The notes below the pieces were generated by a model. The model saw only the letters and a program-made list of their open reading frames with translations, did no database searches and was not told the DNA's origin. Below are positions 8,865 through 18,751 of a stretch of 64,000 bases of DNA, piece after piece. Source of the stretch: Bacteroidales bacterium. GTDB lineage: Bacteria; Bacteroidota; Bacteroidia; Bacteroidales; ML635J-15. The translations under genes were made by a program, and so were the position numbers. The stretch's first letter is position 1. Every line of letters begins with the position of its first letter. The stretch spans positions 2,233,342-2,297,341 of the forward strand of contig OY781043.1 of NCBI GenBank assembly GCA_963676165.1, written 5' to 3'.

Positions 8865-11060
8865 ATGAAAAGAATTATCATTATATCGAACCGATTACCT
8901 TTAAGTTTGGATTTTTCCGGAGATAAAATTTCTGTCAAACAAGGAATTGGAGGCCTTGCCACAGGGATGAAACCCGTACATGAAAACTACGACAGTTTAT
9001 GGTTTGGATGGCCTATGTATGACCCAAAAACTATAGGCAAAGAAAAAACAAAAGAGGCAGAAGCATTGCTACAACAGAACGATTGTGCCCCTGTGTATCT
9101 TGACGAAAAAGACATTGACAATTATTATTACGGATTTAGCAATCGTACCATTTGGCCTCTTTTCCATTATTTTTTGCAATACACTGAGTACAAGACAGAA
9201 TTCTGGGAGTCTTATGTTCGGGTAAATCAACTTTTTGCCGATGCCATTGCAGAACAAGTGAAGGAAGATGATCACATCTGGATTCATGATTATCACCTGT
9301 TTTTATTGCCTCAAATGCTCAGAGAAAAATTCCCGAACATTAACATTGGTTTCTTTCTTCACATCCCATTTCCATCCTATGAAGTTTTTAGACTATTACC
9401 TTGGCGGAAAGAAATTATTCGTGGTATTTTAGGTTCTGATTTAGTCGGATTTCACACGTACGATTATGAACGTCACTTTCGGTCATGTGCTCATCGCCTC
9501 CTAGGTTACGATTCAGATTTCAATAAAGTACAAATGAACACACGGGAAATACATCTTGACGTATTCCCTATGGGAATTGACTACGATTATTTTGAAAATC
9601 TAGCCATAGAAAAACGAAATCGTTCGGTGAAAGACAAATCGGAAATCCAAAAAGAAATTGACAAATATTTCTTAACTGCACCTGATCGTAAACTCATTCT
9701 AAGCATTGACAGACTTGACTATAGCAAAGGTATCCCGAACCGGCTTTGGGCTTACGAACATTTTCTTGAAAAATACCCTCAACATCGAGGTAAAGTTACC
9801 TTGATGATGCTGGCAACACCTACACGCAGTAATGTCCCACAATATCAGCAAATGAAACGTGAGGTTGACGAACTTGTCGGACGAATAAACGGGGAATACG
9901 GAATGATAAACTGGACTCCGATTTGGTATTTCTACCGCAGTATGCCATTGGACAAACTAATTGAACTGTATCTTGCTAGCGATATTGCTCTACTCACACC
10001 AATCAGAGATGGGATGAATTTGGTTGCGAAAGAATATCTTGCATCAAAACCAGACAATAAAGGGGTTTTGATTTTAAGTGAGATGGCAGGTTCTGCAAAA
10101 GAAATGAGTGAAGCACTTATCATAAATCCAAACAACACCTCAGAAATTGCAGATGCCATACACCAAGCAATCACCATGTCGGAAGAGGAGCAATTTCAGC
10201 GAAATAAAACGCTAAAAGAAAGATTGAAACGCTATGACATTGACAAATGGGCAAACGATTTTCTGAGCAGTCTGGAAAAACAATCGAAGAAACGTGAGAT
10301 CTATCGTCCGAAAAACATGGAAACTGTTCGCGATTCAATTTTAACTGATTACGAAGAAGCTGTATCACGCATAATCTTTTTGGATTATGATGGTACATTA
10401 AAATCTTTCCATAACGATCCACAAATGGCTTATCCTGATGAAGGTTTGTACAAAATATTGGGAAAAATAACCTCCAATCCCCAAAACACAGTCATCATTA
10501 TAAGTGGCAGAGACAAAGACACATTGGACAAATGGTTTGGCAACAGAGGTCTTAAGCTCATTGCAGAACACGGTGTATGGGTATGCAAAGAAGGGAATTG
10601 GGAAATGACAGCCCAAATGAATGATGAATGGAAAGATACATTCCGTCCTATTATACAATGGTATGTTGATCGCACTCCTGGAAGTTTCTTTGAAGAGAAA
10701 AACTATTCTCTGGTATGGCATTACCGAAAATCAGACCCTGAGCTTGGGAAAAATCGTGCCATAGAGCTTAAAGATGAAGTGAATAGCATGATTGCCAATC
10801 ACAATCTGGAAATTATGGAAGGAAATAAAGTCATCGAATTAAAAACGAGCGGTATTAACAAAGGACAAGCAGCATTGAATCATATGTCCGGCAAAAATTA
10901 CGACTTTATTTTAGCAATTGGTGATGATTGGACTGATGAGTTTCTATTTCGTGCGTTACCAAAGTCTGCATATACCATAAAAGTTGGTAATATAAATACT
11001 GTCGCACACATTTTAATCGATTCGGTTAAAGATGTCAGAGAATTTCTTAAAATGCTTTAA
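8865..11060 (+). CDS. otsA: bifunctional trehalose-6-phosphate synthase (GT20) / trehalose-6-phosphate phosphatase
   Basis: N-terminus IIISNRLP...GGLATG, WIHDYHL and LTPIRDGMNLVAKEY (OtsA). C-terminal HAD half FLDYDGTL...GDDWTDE (OtsB). Confidence 0.92.
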   Translation: MKRIIIISNRLPLSLDFSGDKISVKQGIGGLATGMKPVHENYDSLWFGWPMYDPKTIGKEKTKEAEALLQQNDCAPVYLDEKDIDNYYYGFSNRTIWPLFHYFLQYTEYKTEFWESYVRVNQLFADAIAEQVKEDDHIWIHDYHLFLLPQMLREKFPNINIGFFLHIPFPSYEVFRLLPWRKEIIRGILGSDLVGFHTYDYERHFRSCAHRLLGYDSDFNKVQMNTREIHLDVFPMGIDYDYFENLAIEKRNRSVKDKSEIQKEIDKYFLTAPDRKLILSIDRLDYSKGIPNRLWAYEHFLEKYPQHRGKVTLMMLATPTRSNVPQYQQMKREVDELVGRINGEYGMINWTPIWYFYRSMPLDKLIELYLASDIALLTPIRDGMNLVAKEYLASKPDNKGVLILSEMAGSAKEMSEALIINPNNTSEIADAIHQAITMSEEEQFQRNKTLKERLKRYDIDKWANDFLSSLEKQSKKREIYRPKNMETVRDSILTDYEEAVSRIIFLDYDGTLKSFHNDPQMAYPDEGLYKILGKITSNPQNTVIIISGRDKDTLDKWFGNRGLKLIAEHGVWVCKEGNWEMTAQMNDEWKDTFRPIIQWYVDRTPGSFFEEKNYSLVWHYRKSDPELGKNRAIELKDEVNSMIANHNLEIMEGNKVIELKTSGINKGQAALNHMSGKNYDFILAIGDDWTDEFLFRALPKSAYTIKVGNINTVAHILIDSVKDVREFLKML

Positions 11061-11113
11061 TTTTTGATTCGACTGCAAATTTTAGAGGAATACTATATCA
11101 ACTATAATTTTCA

Positions 11114-11338
11114 AATACTTGTCAGAGCTAAAGCCCTCTGAGTTTTGCATTTAGCCTCTAACCTCGACATAATATCGAGGTAAATAGGCTTATGAAATTG
11201 AGTTGAGTCAATCCGGGATTGCCCGAAAAAAGTGACCTAATAACTGGATAACCTGTGAAATGCAACGACTAACCACGACCTTCAGGTCGTGGTGGGAAGT
11301 AAATGCAAGTGGAAGGGGCTTTAGCCCTGACAGTAAAA
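11114..11338. repeat. MITE-like / REP-like palindromic element
   Basis: Long imperfect terminal inverted repeats (TACTTGTCAGAGCTAAAGCCC...TTGCATTTA...CCTCGAC versus the reverse complement of CCACGACC...TAAATGCAA...GGGCTTTAGCCCTGACAGTA). Internal hairpins CCTCGAcataatatCGAGG and CCACGACCttcaGGTCGTGG. Confidence 0.4.
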
Positions 11339-11503
11339 TAATAAGCGTATGCTCATCAATTCCTAATTTGAAATATTCTGAATTTATCATACAATTATTA
11401 TCCCCAAAAATGGTAGTAGAACCAATTTATTCTTAGGAACTATTTGAAAATAACAAGCAATTTGCTACTTTTACGAAAACAAACACTAAAACCTATAAGT
11501 ACT

Positions 11504-11860
11504 ATGAAAAAACTATCAATCTTTATGTTTGCAGCAATCTTTGGATTATTTGCTGTATCATGCAACAACGGTGAAGAAGCTACTGACGAAGAAACAAAAA
11601 CGGAAGAAGTAACTGCTAACGAAACTCAAGACGAAGAAGCAATGGACGAAGAAGCAGTTCAACAAACTACTGCTGACGAAACGATGGTTGAAACAACAAC
11701 TGAAGAAACACCTGCAAATGACAAAAAAGCAGTTCAAGACGAATCAGATGTAAAAGAAATAAGCGCGTTAAAAACAGAAATCAACAAAGTTGAAGTTGAC
11801 GCAGAAGAAGTTGCAAAAAGAGGAGAAACAAAAGAAAAATCTAACAAGATTCAACCTTAA
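11504..11860 (+). CDS. acidic low-complexity lipoprotein
   Basis: MKKLSIFMFAAIFGLFAVSC lipobox, followed by Glu/Thr/Asp-rich sequence. Start moved to the ATG at 11504. Confidence 0.6.
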   Translation: MKKLSIFMFAAIFGLFAVSCNNGEEATDEETKTEEVTANETQDEEAMDEEAVQQTTADETMVETTTEETPANDKKAVQDESDVKEISALKTEINKVEVDAEEVAKRGETKEKSNKIQP

Positions 11861-11882
11861 TTCTTTGAAAAAATATTACTTT

Positions 11883-11906
11883 AGGGGCTGATTAGCCCCT
11901 TTTTTT
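11883..11906 (+). terminator. intrinsic terminator
   Basis: AGGGGCT-gatt-AGCCCCT followed by TTTTTT, abutting the next ATG. Confidence 0.7.
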
Positions 11907-12818
11907 ATGCTGTCAATTTGCATCCCCATATACAACACTGTCCCACTGGATCTCTTGCGTGCTCTCAGCAAGCAAGCAAATCGATTGGATTTTTCATATG
12001 AAATCATTTTATTAAATGATGCCTCTACAACTGACATAGAAAACGATTTAAACCAAGCTTCAAAAATTGAGCAGGTAAAGATTTATCATAATGATAAAAA
12101 TCTTGGCAGATCTGTTTCCAGAAATAAATTGGGAGATTTAGCACGCTATGCTTTTCTACTGTTTATCGATGGCGATTCAGGTATGCAAAATGGCAATTAC
12201 CTAAAACAATACAGTGACTATCTAAAAACAGGAATTGTGTGCTGTGGAGGAACAAGTTATCAAGAAGGCAATCAGAACAAAGATGAAATTTTGCGTCTTA
12301 CATACGGTAGGAAACGAGAAAGTCGCGATGCAAAAACACGCAAAATCAATCCATATCAATCCTTTACAACCCACCATTTTTTGATTGACAAGAAAGTATT
12401 TCAACGCATTCAATTTGATACAAGCATCAAAGGATATGGGCATGAGGATACTCTTTTCGGACTAGAATTAAAGAAGCAAAACATACCCATTATTCACATT
12501 GACAATTCGCTTTACCATCTAGGTATTGATAAAACTGAAGTTTTCCTTAATAAAACAAAAGAAGGAGTTAGAAACCTAGCCAATTTATATGCACGTTATA
12601 AGCGTGATGAAGATTTTGCCAATGCAATTCATCTCGTTCGTTTTTACCAGAAGCAAAAATCCATGAGAATGCTATGGATCTGGTCAATTTTCCTCGCAAT
12701 GCTAAATCCAATCATAAAACTCAACTTAAACAGCAAACATCCATCACTGAAATTATTTGACCTGTTCAAACTGAAAATTTTTATTAAGGCTAACAACAAG
12801 CTGAAAAACGAAGAATAA
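11907..12818 (+). CDS. family 2 glycosyltransferase
   Basis: LSICIPIYN...ILLNDASTT and the later DGD are typical of the GT2 N-terminal domain. Confidence 0.85.
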   Translation: MLSICIPIYNTVPLDLLRALSKQANRLDFSYEIILLNDASTTDIENDLNQASKIEQVKIYHNDKNLGRSVSRNKLGDLARYAFLLFIDGDSGMQNGNYLKQYSDYLKTGIVCCGGTSYQEGNQNKDEILRLTYGRKRESRDAKTRKINPYQSFTTHHFLIDKKVFQRIQFDTSIKGYGHEDTLFGLELKKQNIPIIHIDNSLYHLGIDKTEVFLNKTKEGVRNLANLYARYKRDEDFANAIHLVRFYQKQKSMRMLWIWSIFLAMLNPIIKLNLNSKHPSLKLFDLFKLKIFIKANNKLKNEE

Positions 12819-13311
12819 TGAGCTGGACAAGAAAACAAATTTCCATTATGATAATCGTTGCGACAACATCATTCATGGCAATTTTTCTAATTTCATCGGT
12901 TAATATTACTTTACCAGCGATTGAAAAAAGTTTTCATATGAATGTAATACAACTAAACTAAGTTGTAACTGCTTTTTTATTTTCCACAGCAGCATCTATT
13001 TTATGTGGATTTTCTGTCAGTGGCAACATGCTGATCATATTACAATTTATTCAAAGAATTGGAGGCGTTTTTGCAAGTACAACCTGACCAGCTATTTTGG
13101 CATCAGCATTTCCACAATCGTCACGAGAAAGAGTACTTGGCACTTCGGTTACAGCAACTTATTCAGGCTTAGCATTTGTCTCATTTGCAGGAGGTATCAT
13201 CACTCAGTATTAGGATGGCAATTCATTTTGAATGTGAATCTTGTGCATTATCTTTTTTCAATGGATATCCAGGAGTCAATCTTGATACTCGTTACTTCAA
13301 AAAAGTGGTAA
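12818..13311 (+). pseudogene. degraded MFS (DHA2/EmrB-like) transporter fragment
   Basis: MSWTRKQISIMIIVATTSFMAIFLISSVNITLPAIEKSF..QLN*VV has a stop where the LQWVV Trp is expected. There is an internal deletion, a second stop, a +1 frameshift near 13205 (GWQFILNVNLV in another frame), and only the first third of a transporter is present. Confidence 0.7.
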
Positions 13312-13544
13312 TGGAAAACATTATTGAGTAATTCTTCAAAAAAGCTAATTGAAAAACAGTTTTGAATTGGAGTGTGAGTAATGAGGGGTTTTCTTGCAAT
13401 CCCTCAGACTTTCCAACTCACATCAAGGAAAAATCGTCTTTCCCCTCTCAAAGCTTAGACGAGTGAGTTTATTTACAAATCTTCTTATTAAACAGGCAAA
13501 TAATAATTTTTTCACATCTTTGTCACGCATCAATTTGAGAAATC

Positions 13545-14360
13545 ATGAAAAAGACAAAACACTTAATTTACATCGTAACAATGCTTGTATTTCTGTCATG
13601 TTCGACGGTTCCTTTAATTAATCGCAAACAAGTGTTACTGGTACCTCAATCGGAAATGTTAGCAATGAGTGCAACATCCTACCAAGGTTTTTTAGACACC
13701 AATCAAGTTGTCCAGCATACCACAGATGCTAAACGGGTTAAATCAGTAGGGAATCACATTTCTCAAGCTGTCGAATCATTTTTAACCGAAAAAGGGTTAG
13801 AGAATCGCATATCACAATTTGAGTGGCAATTTAACCTGGTTGAAAGCGAAATCCCTAATGCATGGTGCATGCCTGGCGGACGCATAGTCTTTTACGAAGG
13901 CATAATGCCGTATTGTGAAACAGACGCAGGCATTGCTGTTGTTATGTCACATGAAATAGGACACGCAGTTGCCAGACATGGGAACGAACGCATGAGTCAA
14001 TCATTAATGGTTACTATGGGAAACATGGCATTGAGTGAGTTCATGAGTTCAAAACCAGAAGAAACTCAAGCCCTATTTTTGGGTGCATTTGCCATTGGAT
14101 CGCAAGTTGGAGTACTGCTCCCCTATTCTCGTAAACACGAGTACGAAGCAGACAAACTCGGACTTATATTTATGGCAATGGCAGGATACAATCCAGAGGA
14201 GGCAATTCACTTCTGGGAGCGCATGATGCAAAACGGAGGAATTAAGCCACCGGAATTTTTAAGCACACATCCTGCTGATGCAAATCGTATTGCTGCAATG
14301 AGAGAAGCCATGCCTGAAGCGATGAAATATTACGAAGCATCAGACAAAAAATCTTTTTAA
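13545..14360 (+). CDS. M48 family zinc metallopeptidase, lipoprotein
   Basis: Lipobox LVFLSC; HEIGH zinc motif (VVMSHEIGHAVARH); downstream EYEADKLG. Confidence 0.88.
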   Translation: MKKTKHLIYIVTMLVFLSCSTVPLINRKQVLLVPQSEMLAMSATSYQGFLDTNQVVQHTTDAKRVKSVGNHISQAVESFLTEKGLENRISQFEWQFNLVESEIPNAWCMPGGRIVFYEGIMPYCETDAGIAVVMSHEIGHAVARHGNERMSQSLMVTMGNMALSEFMSSKPEETQALFLGAFAIGSQVGVLLPYSRKHEYEADKLGLIFMAMAGYNPEEAIHFWERMMQNGGIKPPEFLSTHPADANRIAAMREAMPEAMKYYEASDKKSF

Positions 14361-14641
14361 AACACATTGAACATCCGCGCTCATTTATTGGTCACATAAA
14401 TGTTGAATCAAGAGAATTATCAAAACAACATTTATAATTGGCGTAAAATAATACCGATTAAACATCAAAATGATGCATACTTTCACTTCGTTCAGTATGC
14501 CTGTTTTGCTGTAATTATCGGCATTAACCATTGTAGTCTCAGGATTTCTTTGTCAATCATCCTGAAACACAATTGGTATAACAACTTCTCCAAAACACAA
14601 GGTATTGGAGAAGTTGAAATGAATTAGCATGTTAAAATGTT

Positions 14642-17600
14642 TTATCGTTTGACAACGAATTGTTTTTTCCCAGAAAGTTGTGGTGAATACAGAATGTAAT
14701 TTCCGGATTGTAGATCGGTAACATCCAAAACGAAGTAACCCAAGCCTTCATTGCGAGTTAATTGTTTCACAATTTTTCCTTGCATATCATACACAACAAA
14801 ATCGCAGGTTTCTCCCATAGATATAAATTCAACAGAAAGTTTATCATCTACTGGATTTGGGAATATTTCAAAGCGTGATTGTAGTTTTGGTGTAGTGCTT
14901 GGACGCTCAACATTTTCATGTGAATTATCTGCAATTGCAGACTTTGCTTGATTTGGATTTGGGAGAATCACAATTGGCTCAAAAGATTCAATCCCTGACG
15001 CCATTAATATTGCACGTGCATCTCCGCCCGATTTGTGATTATAATCTTCTGCAAGTTCATACAAATATGCAAGATCACCCGAAGGTAACTCCTGACATGA
15101 CATGTCTTGTCGAAGTGCTAATTCTATTTGCTTTACTTTAACTTGCTTTAACTTTTCTGTATTTTCTGTTCCTGTTAGCATGGTTTCGATATTTGCAAGT
15201 AGGGTTTCTGCTTCACTCATTTGATTTTGTTTTATGTACATGTCTGCTAATTTTAGCTTTGAGTGTAAGTCTGTTTTGTTTTCCAGATAGTTTATCCAGT
15301 CAAGTTGAGTCTCTTTGGATTCATTGTGAACATATTGCAATTGTAAACGGTCTGTCAGATATTGTCTGGAGGCTTTTGTTTTTTGTATTTTATTCTCCAA
15401 ATCTTCTAAATGATTTATTCCTGTTTGGTATTGGCTGATGTGATTTTTCAATTCAGGACTTAAGTTTGATATTTCAACATCTTCTTTCACGCTACCTGGT
15501 AATGGCGAATTTGCTATCATCACAGAAGTTCGAGACAGCTCATTGGCATTGTCATTCAATAAATATGTGCTCAAAACTGTATCTGTCAAATTAGGAGAAG
15601 CTTCCATTAAGGAGTTATGGACTGCTTGTTGATTGACTTCACTCGCAGTTTGTGCTGCAATTACTAATTCCAATTCATTCACATCTGCTATAAGCGCATT
15701 GTATTCCGATTCAAGACTGTCTTGTTCTGCTTCTTTATTGTTTAGGGTGCTTAGTGTAGGGATAATAATTACTCCTCCGGAGCTCAGGTTTGAAGGGCAT
15801 TCTTGTGCACGGGTCGTGAAAACTGTTTGATTTGATGTTAGGACATTACCGGCGTCATAACTATTTAATACTGCATCAAAAACACTTGAATTGTCAGTTG
15901 ATCCGTAATACTTATATTCATAGTCTGCAAACGTATTGTCTACATAATAATCTGCTTCTGTTGACATTGGTTCTCCATGCAACCAGAATGTATTATCTGC
16001 AGGGGCATTGTCATCACCTTGACTTAATCTCATCATAGTATTTGATATGATGAAATTCCCACTTTGTGTGTTGATTATTCCTCCTGTAAGTGTAATGGCA
16101 TAATCTGTTTGGTCAAAATCATTACACTTATATTGTAATCCGGTATAGCGGTTTCCTGTATGTGTTTCAGCATTTTTCCCCATTGTAACTGCAGATACGC
16201 TTGGACTTGTTCCTCCGGACAAATTGTAGAAATCGTTATAGTAGATCTCATTTTCATCTGCTCCGCTGCTATTAATAACCATGCCCAAACGTCCATCTCT
16301 AAATGTGTTTTCTTCCACTTGATATCCTGTACAACTTTCCAAATATAGTCCAAAACTGTTATTTATTTGAAACGATCCTCCTTGTGTATCGAATACATCT
16401 AAATCATTTCGTGTAAATTGAAGGGCAGAGCTACTCACAATCCATGCTCCACGTTGGTTGTCTGTAAAATCACAGCGATCAACTAATATGTTATCTCCTG
16501 AATTTGATTTAATCCCAAAATACAATCTGGAAAAAAGATTATTTTGATAATTAATGCAAGGTAACTGGGACGGACTATCTAAGCACAAACCATCTAAATC
16601 AAAATCGGTATAATCAGCAATAATTCCAACTCCTCTGTTAGGGTAGCTTTCTGACAGAGATGCTTCATTTTTAAAACGACAGCCTTTTACACCAACGCCA
16701 CTTGCTGTCCACATGTGCAAATGAATGCTTGGATTTTCATTTTTTGCGTAAATTTCGTCATCCCAAATAAAATCGCAATTTTGAAAATGACTGTGCTGGT
16801 CGGTATAGCCTGTTATTGTGACACTTACTATGTTGTTGATAAAATCACTATCATAAGCTCTAACGAGTCCGCCTGCGGCTGCATCAACCCCTCTAACCGC
16901 AAATTCAATTTTTGAATTGTTCAACATTTTGAGATATGGTTGTTTGCAGCTTGAAAATGGGATTTGTAGCTGACCGTCCCAACCTCCACTCAAATCAATT
17001 CCTGCCCAGAATTTATCGCCTTCACATTCATCAAATACAGTAAGGGTGGTATTGTCAAGGGTTAAACGTGAGCCAACACCGGAAGGGTTATCATCCATTT
17101 GAATTTCGTAACCTTCACGAAAGTGAATAATCATATCCTCAATGGTGAGCGATGCTCCCGGTTGAATAATAATGTCTCCTTTTTCCATAAAGACTTCAGC
17201 GACATTGCCAAAGGAGTTGCTGGTGGCTGTCCATGTAACGCTGTTGCCACTTTGAATGATGATGTCTCTGTCATCGCCGCTGGTTTGGATTTGTACGCCG
17301 GTCATGTTCGCATTGGCTGGGGTAGTTTCATAATCATAACAACAATATGCATCATTACCGGTTGTGTAATTATACTCACTCCCATCCATTTGATCGGGAA
17401 TTAAATACATATCAAAACTTTGCGCAGGAGAATTTTCACAAATAGCATTGTTAATTACTGCTGATGAACCAATATTTACAACATTTTCAATTCCCGTAAA
17501 AGTAGAATTGATTCTCCCGAGCCAACCATCAGATCGAATTAGATAATACTTATCATCAATTCGCTCAATTTGTGAGTTCGCATAGTCTGTATATGTTGGC

Positions 17601-18538
17601 AATAAATTAAAGCTTGCATAATGTTGAAAATACGGTGGATTGGTCATTTCAAATTTATGTATTGAGCCAGCATTATTACTAACATACATAAAATTATTGT
17701 CATCAGAAATTTCAAGACCTACAAAACGAGAGCCTGTTGTAGAATTTGTGTAACCATCATTATAAACAGTAAAAAAACCTGTTGTAGGAATAAGTTCCCA
17801 AACGATTACTTCTTGTATATTTGTATAAGCAATAAATGATAAATCAGAGGATAGCTCTAACTCTCCAACGTCAGGTATGTTATCACCTACTTGATATAAT
17901 ATAACATCTGTCATTCTAAATCGAGGGCCTTTAAAGTATAACATTTGAATCGAATCTCCGGAATTTCGACCATCTTCACAACGAGTTTTAACCAAATATA
18001 ACCGTTGTTCATTAGTATTCCCTATAAAATCTGATAATGTAAAAGTCCAATTAGCATAATAATTGCCGGAGTAATTATAATTATGTATTTCAACTTCATC
18101 AACAATTTCTTTCAGATATCTATTATAAGTAGCATAGCGTAAACTGGCCTGATTGTCATTGGTTATTACTACATAAAAGATGTTAAACTCACAACGGCTA
18201 TCGTGATCTTTCGGAGAAATGACCATTTGATTTGTGAGTTTATAACCGGTTGTCGGCTGATCGAATAATTGATCGACAATATTGTTGTTTTCATCATATA
18301 CTGTATTATCAACTACTCTTACAATAAGATCGTCATTTTCATTGTAATAACTTGCATAAACACCATCAGCAGTTGATATGGGAGTAGAAATTGGTTGTGA
18401 TGTGACTGTTGGACCTGTGAAATCAACTTCAACTCCATTAAATGCCATTTTACGCATTTGCTCAGTAGTCTGTGCATTTGCACTAAACGTAAGGATTATC
18501 AAACTAATCCAAATCAAAAATTTATTTTTTTGCATCAT
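14642..18538 (-). CDS. 1298-aa secreted protein with T9SS C-terminal sorting domain
   Basis: Signal peptide ending ANAQT, a central beta-helix-like region, a helical region, and CTD FEIFPNPVDDKLSVEF...GNYILYS. Confidence 0.8.
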   Translation of the reverse strand: MMQKNKFLIWISLIILTFSANAQTTEQMRKMAFNGVEVDFTGPTVTSQPISTPISTADGVYASYYNENDDLIVRVVDNTVYDENNNIVDQLFDQPTTGYKLTNQMVISPKDHDSRCEFNIFYVVITNDNQASLRYATYNRYLKEIVDEVEIHNYNYSGNYYANWTFTLSDFIGNTNEQRLYLVKTRCEDGRNSGDSIQMLYFKGPRFRMTDVILYQVGDNIPDVGELELSSDLSFIAYTNIQEVIVWELIPTTGFFTVYNDGYTNSTTGSRFVGLEISDDNNFMYVSNNAGSIHKFEMTNPPYFQHYASFNLLPTYTDYANSQIERIDDKYYLIRSDGWLGRINSTFTGIENVVNIGSSAVINNAICENSPAQSFDMYLIPDQMDGSEYNYTTGNDAYCCYDYETTPANANMTGVQIQTSGDDRDIIIQSGNSVTWTATSNSFGNVAEVFMEKGDIIIQPGASLTIEDMIIHFREGYEIQMDDNPSGVGSRLTLDNTTLTVFDECEGDKFWAGIDLSGGWDGQLQIPFSSCKQPYLKMLNNSKIEFAVRGVDAAAGGLVRAYDSDFINNIVSVTITGYTDQHSHFQNCDFIWDDEIYAKNENPSIHLHMWTASGVGVKGCRFKNEASLSESYPNRGVGIIADYTDFDLDGLCLDSPSQLPCINYQNNLFSRLYFGIKSNSGDNILVDRCDFTDNQRGAWIVSSSALQFTRNDLDVFDTQGGSFQINNSFGLYLESCTGYQVEENTFRDGRLGMVINSSGADENEIYYNDFYNLSGGTSPSVSAVTMGKNAETHTGNRYTGLQYKCNDFDQTDYAITLTGGIINTQSGNFIISNTMMRLSQGDDNAPADNTFWLHGEPMSTEADYYVDNTFADYEYKYYGSTDNSSVFDAVLNSYDAGNVLTSNQTVFTTRAQECPSNLSSGGVIIIPTLSTLNNKEAEQDSLESEYNALIADVNELELVIAAQTASEVNQQAVHNSLMEASPNLTDTVLSTYLLNDNANELSRTSVMIANSPLPGSVKEDVEISNLSPELKNHISQYQTGINHLEDLENKIQKTKASRQYLTDRLQLQYVHNESKETQLDWINYLENKTDLHSKLKLADMYIKQNQMSEAETLLANIETMLTGTENTEKLKQVKVKQIELALRQDMSCQELPSGDLAYLYELAEDYNHKSGGDARAILMASGIESFEPIVILPNPNQAKSAIADNSHENVERPSTTPKLQSRFEIFPNPVDDKLSVEFISMGETCDFVVYDMQGKIVKQLTRNEGLGYFVLDVTDLQSGNYILYSPQLSGKKQFVVKR

Positions 18539-18751
18539 GATTTGTTGTATTTTTAAAATTTTATAATGGCTTCGGGCAGGCTAACCATTGATATTTGGAA
18601 TTGTCATGTCGGTTAGCCCCGAAGTTTTTACTTTTCGGTCAGCCTGCCACGGCCATACCTTTACATAAGACCGTTGATGCAAGGTGTTGATGCAGTGACA
18701 GGTAAATAAGGCAGTTTCAATCTCATGGTTTTTAAAATCATCAAATAGATT

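Noticed and set aside
11208-11390. 60-aa ORF (…GLKPLPLAFTSHHDLKVVV…)
   Set aside because: It lies entirely within the MITE-like palindromic element and is read from its hairpin arms. This is a typical repeat-derived false ORF.
14400-14627. 75-aa ORF between the convergent M48 peptidase and 1298-aa genes
   Set aside because: The translation is implausible. The region instead contains two hairpins (TCAGGAT...ATCCTGA and CTTCTCCAA...TTGGAGAAG) that look like convergent terminators.
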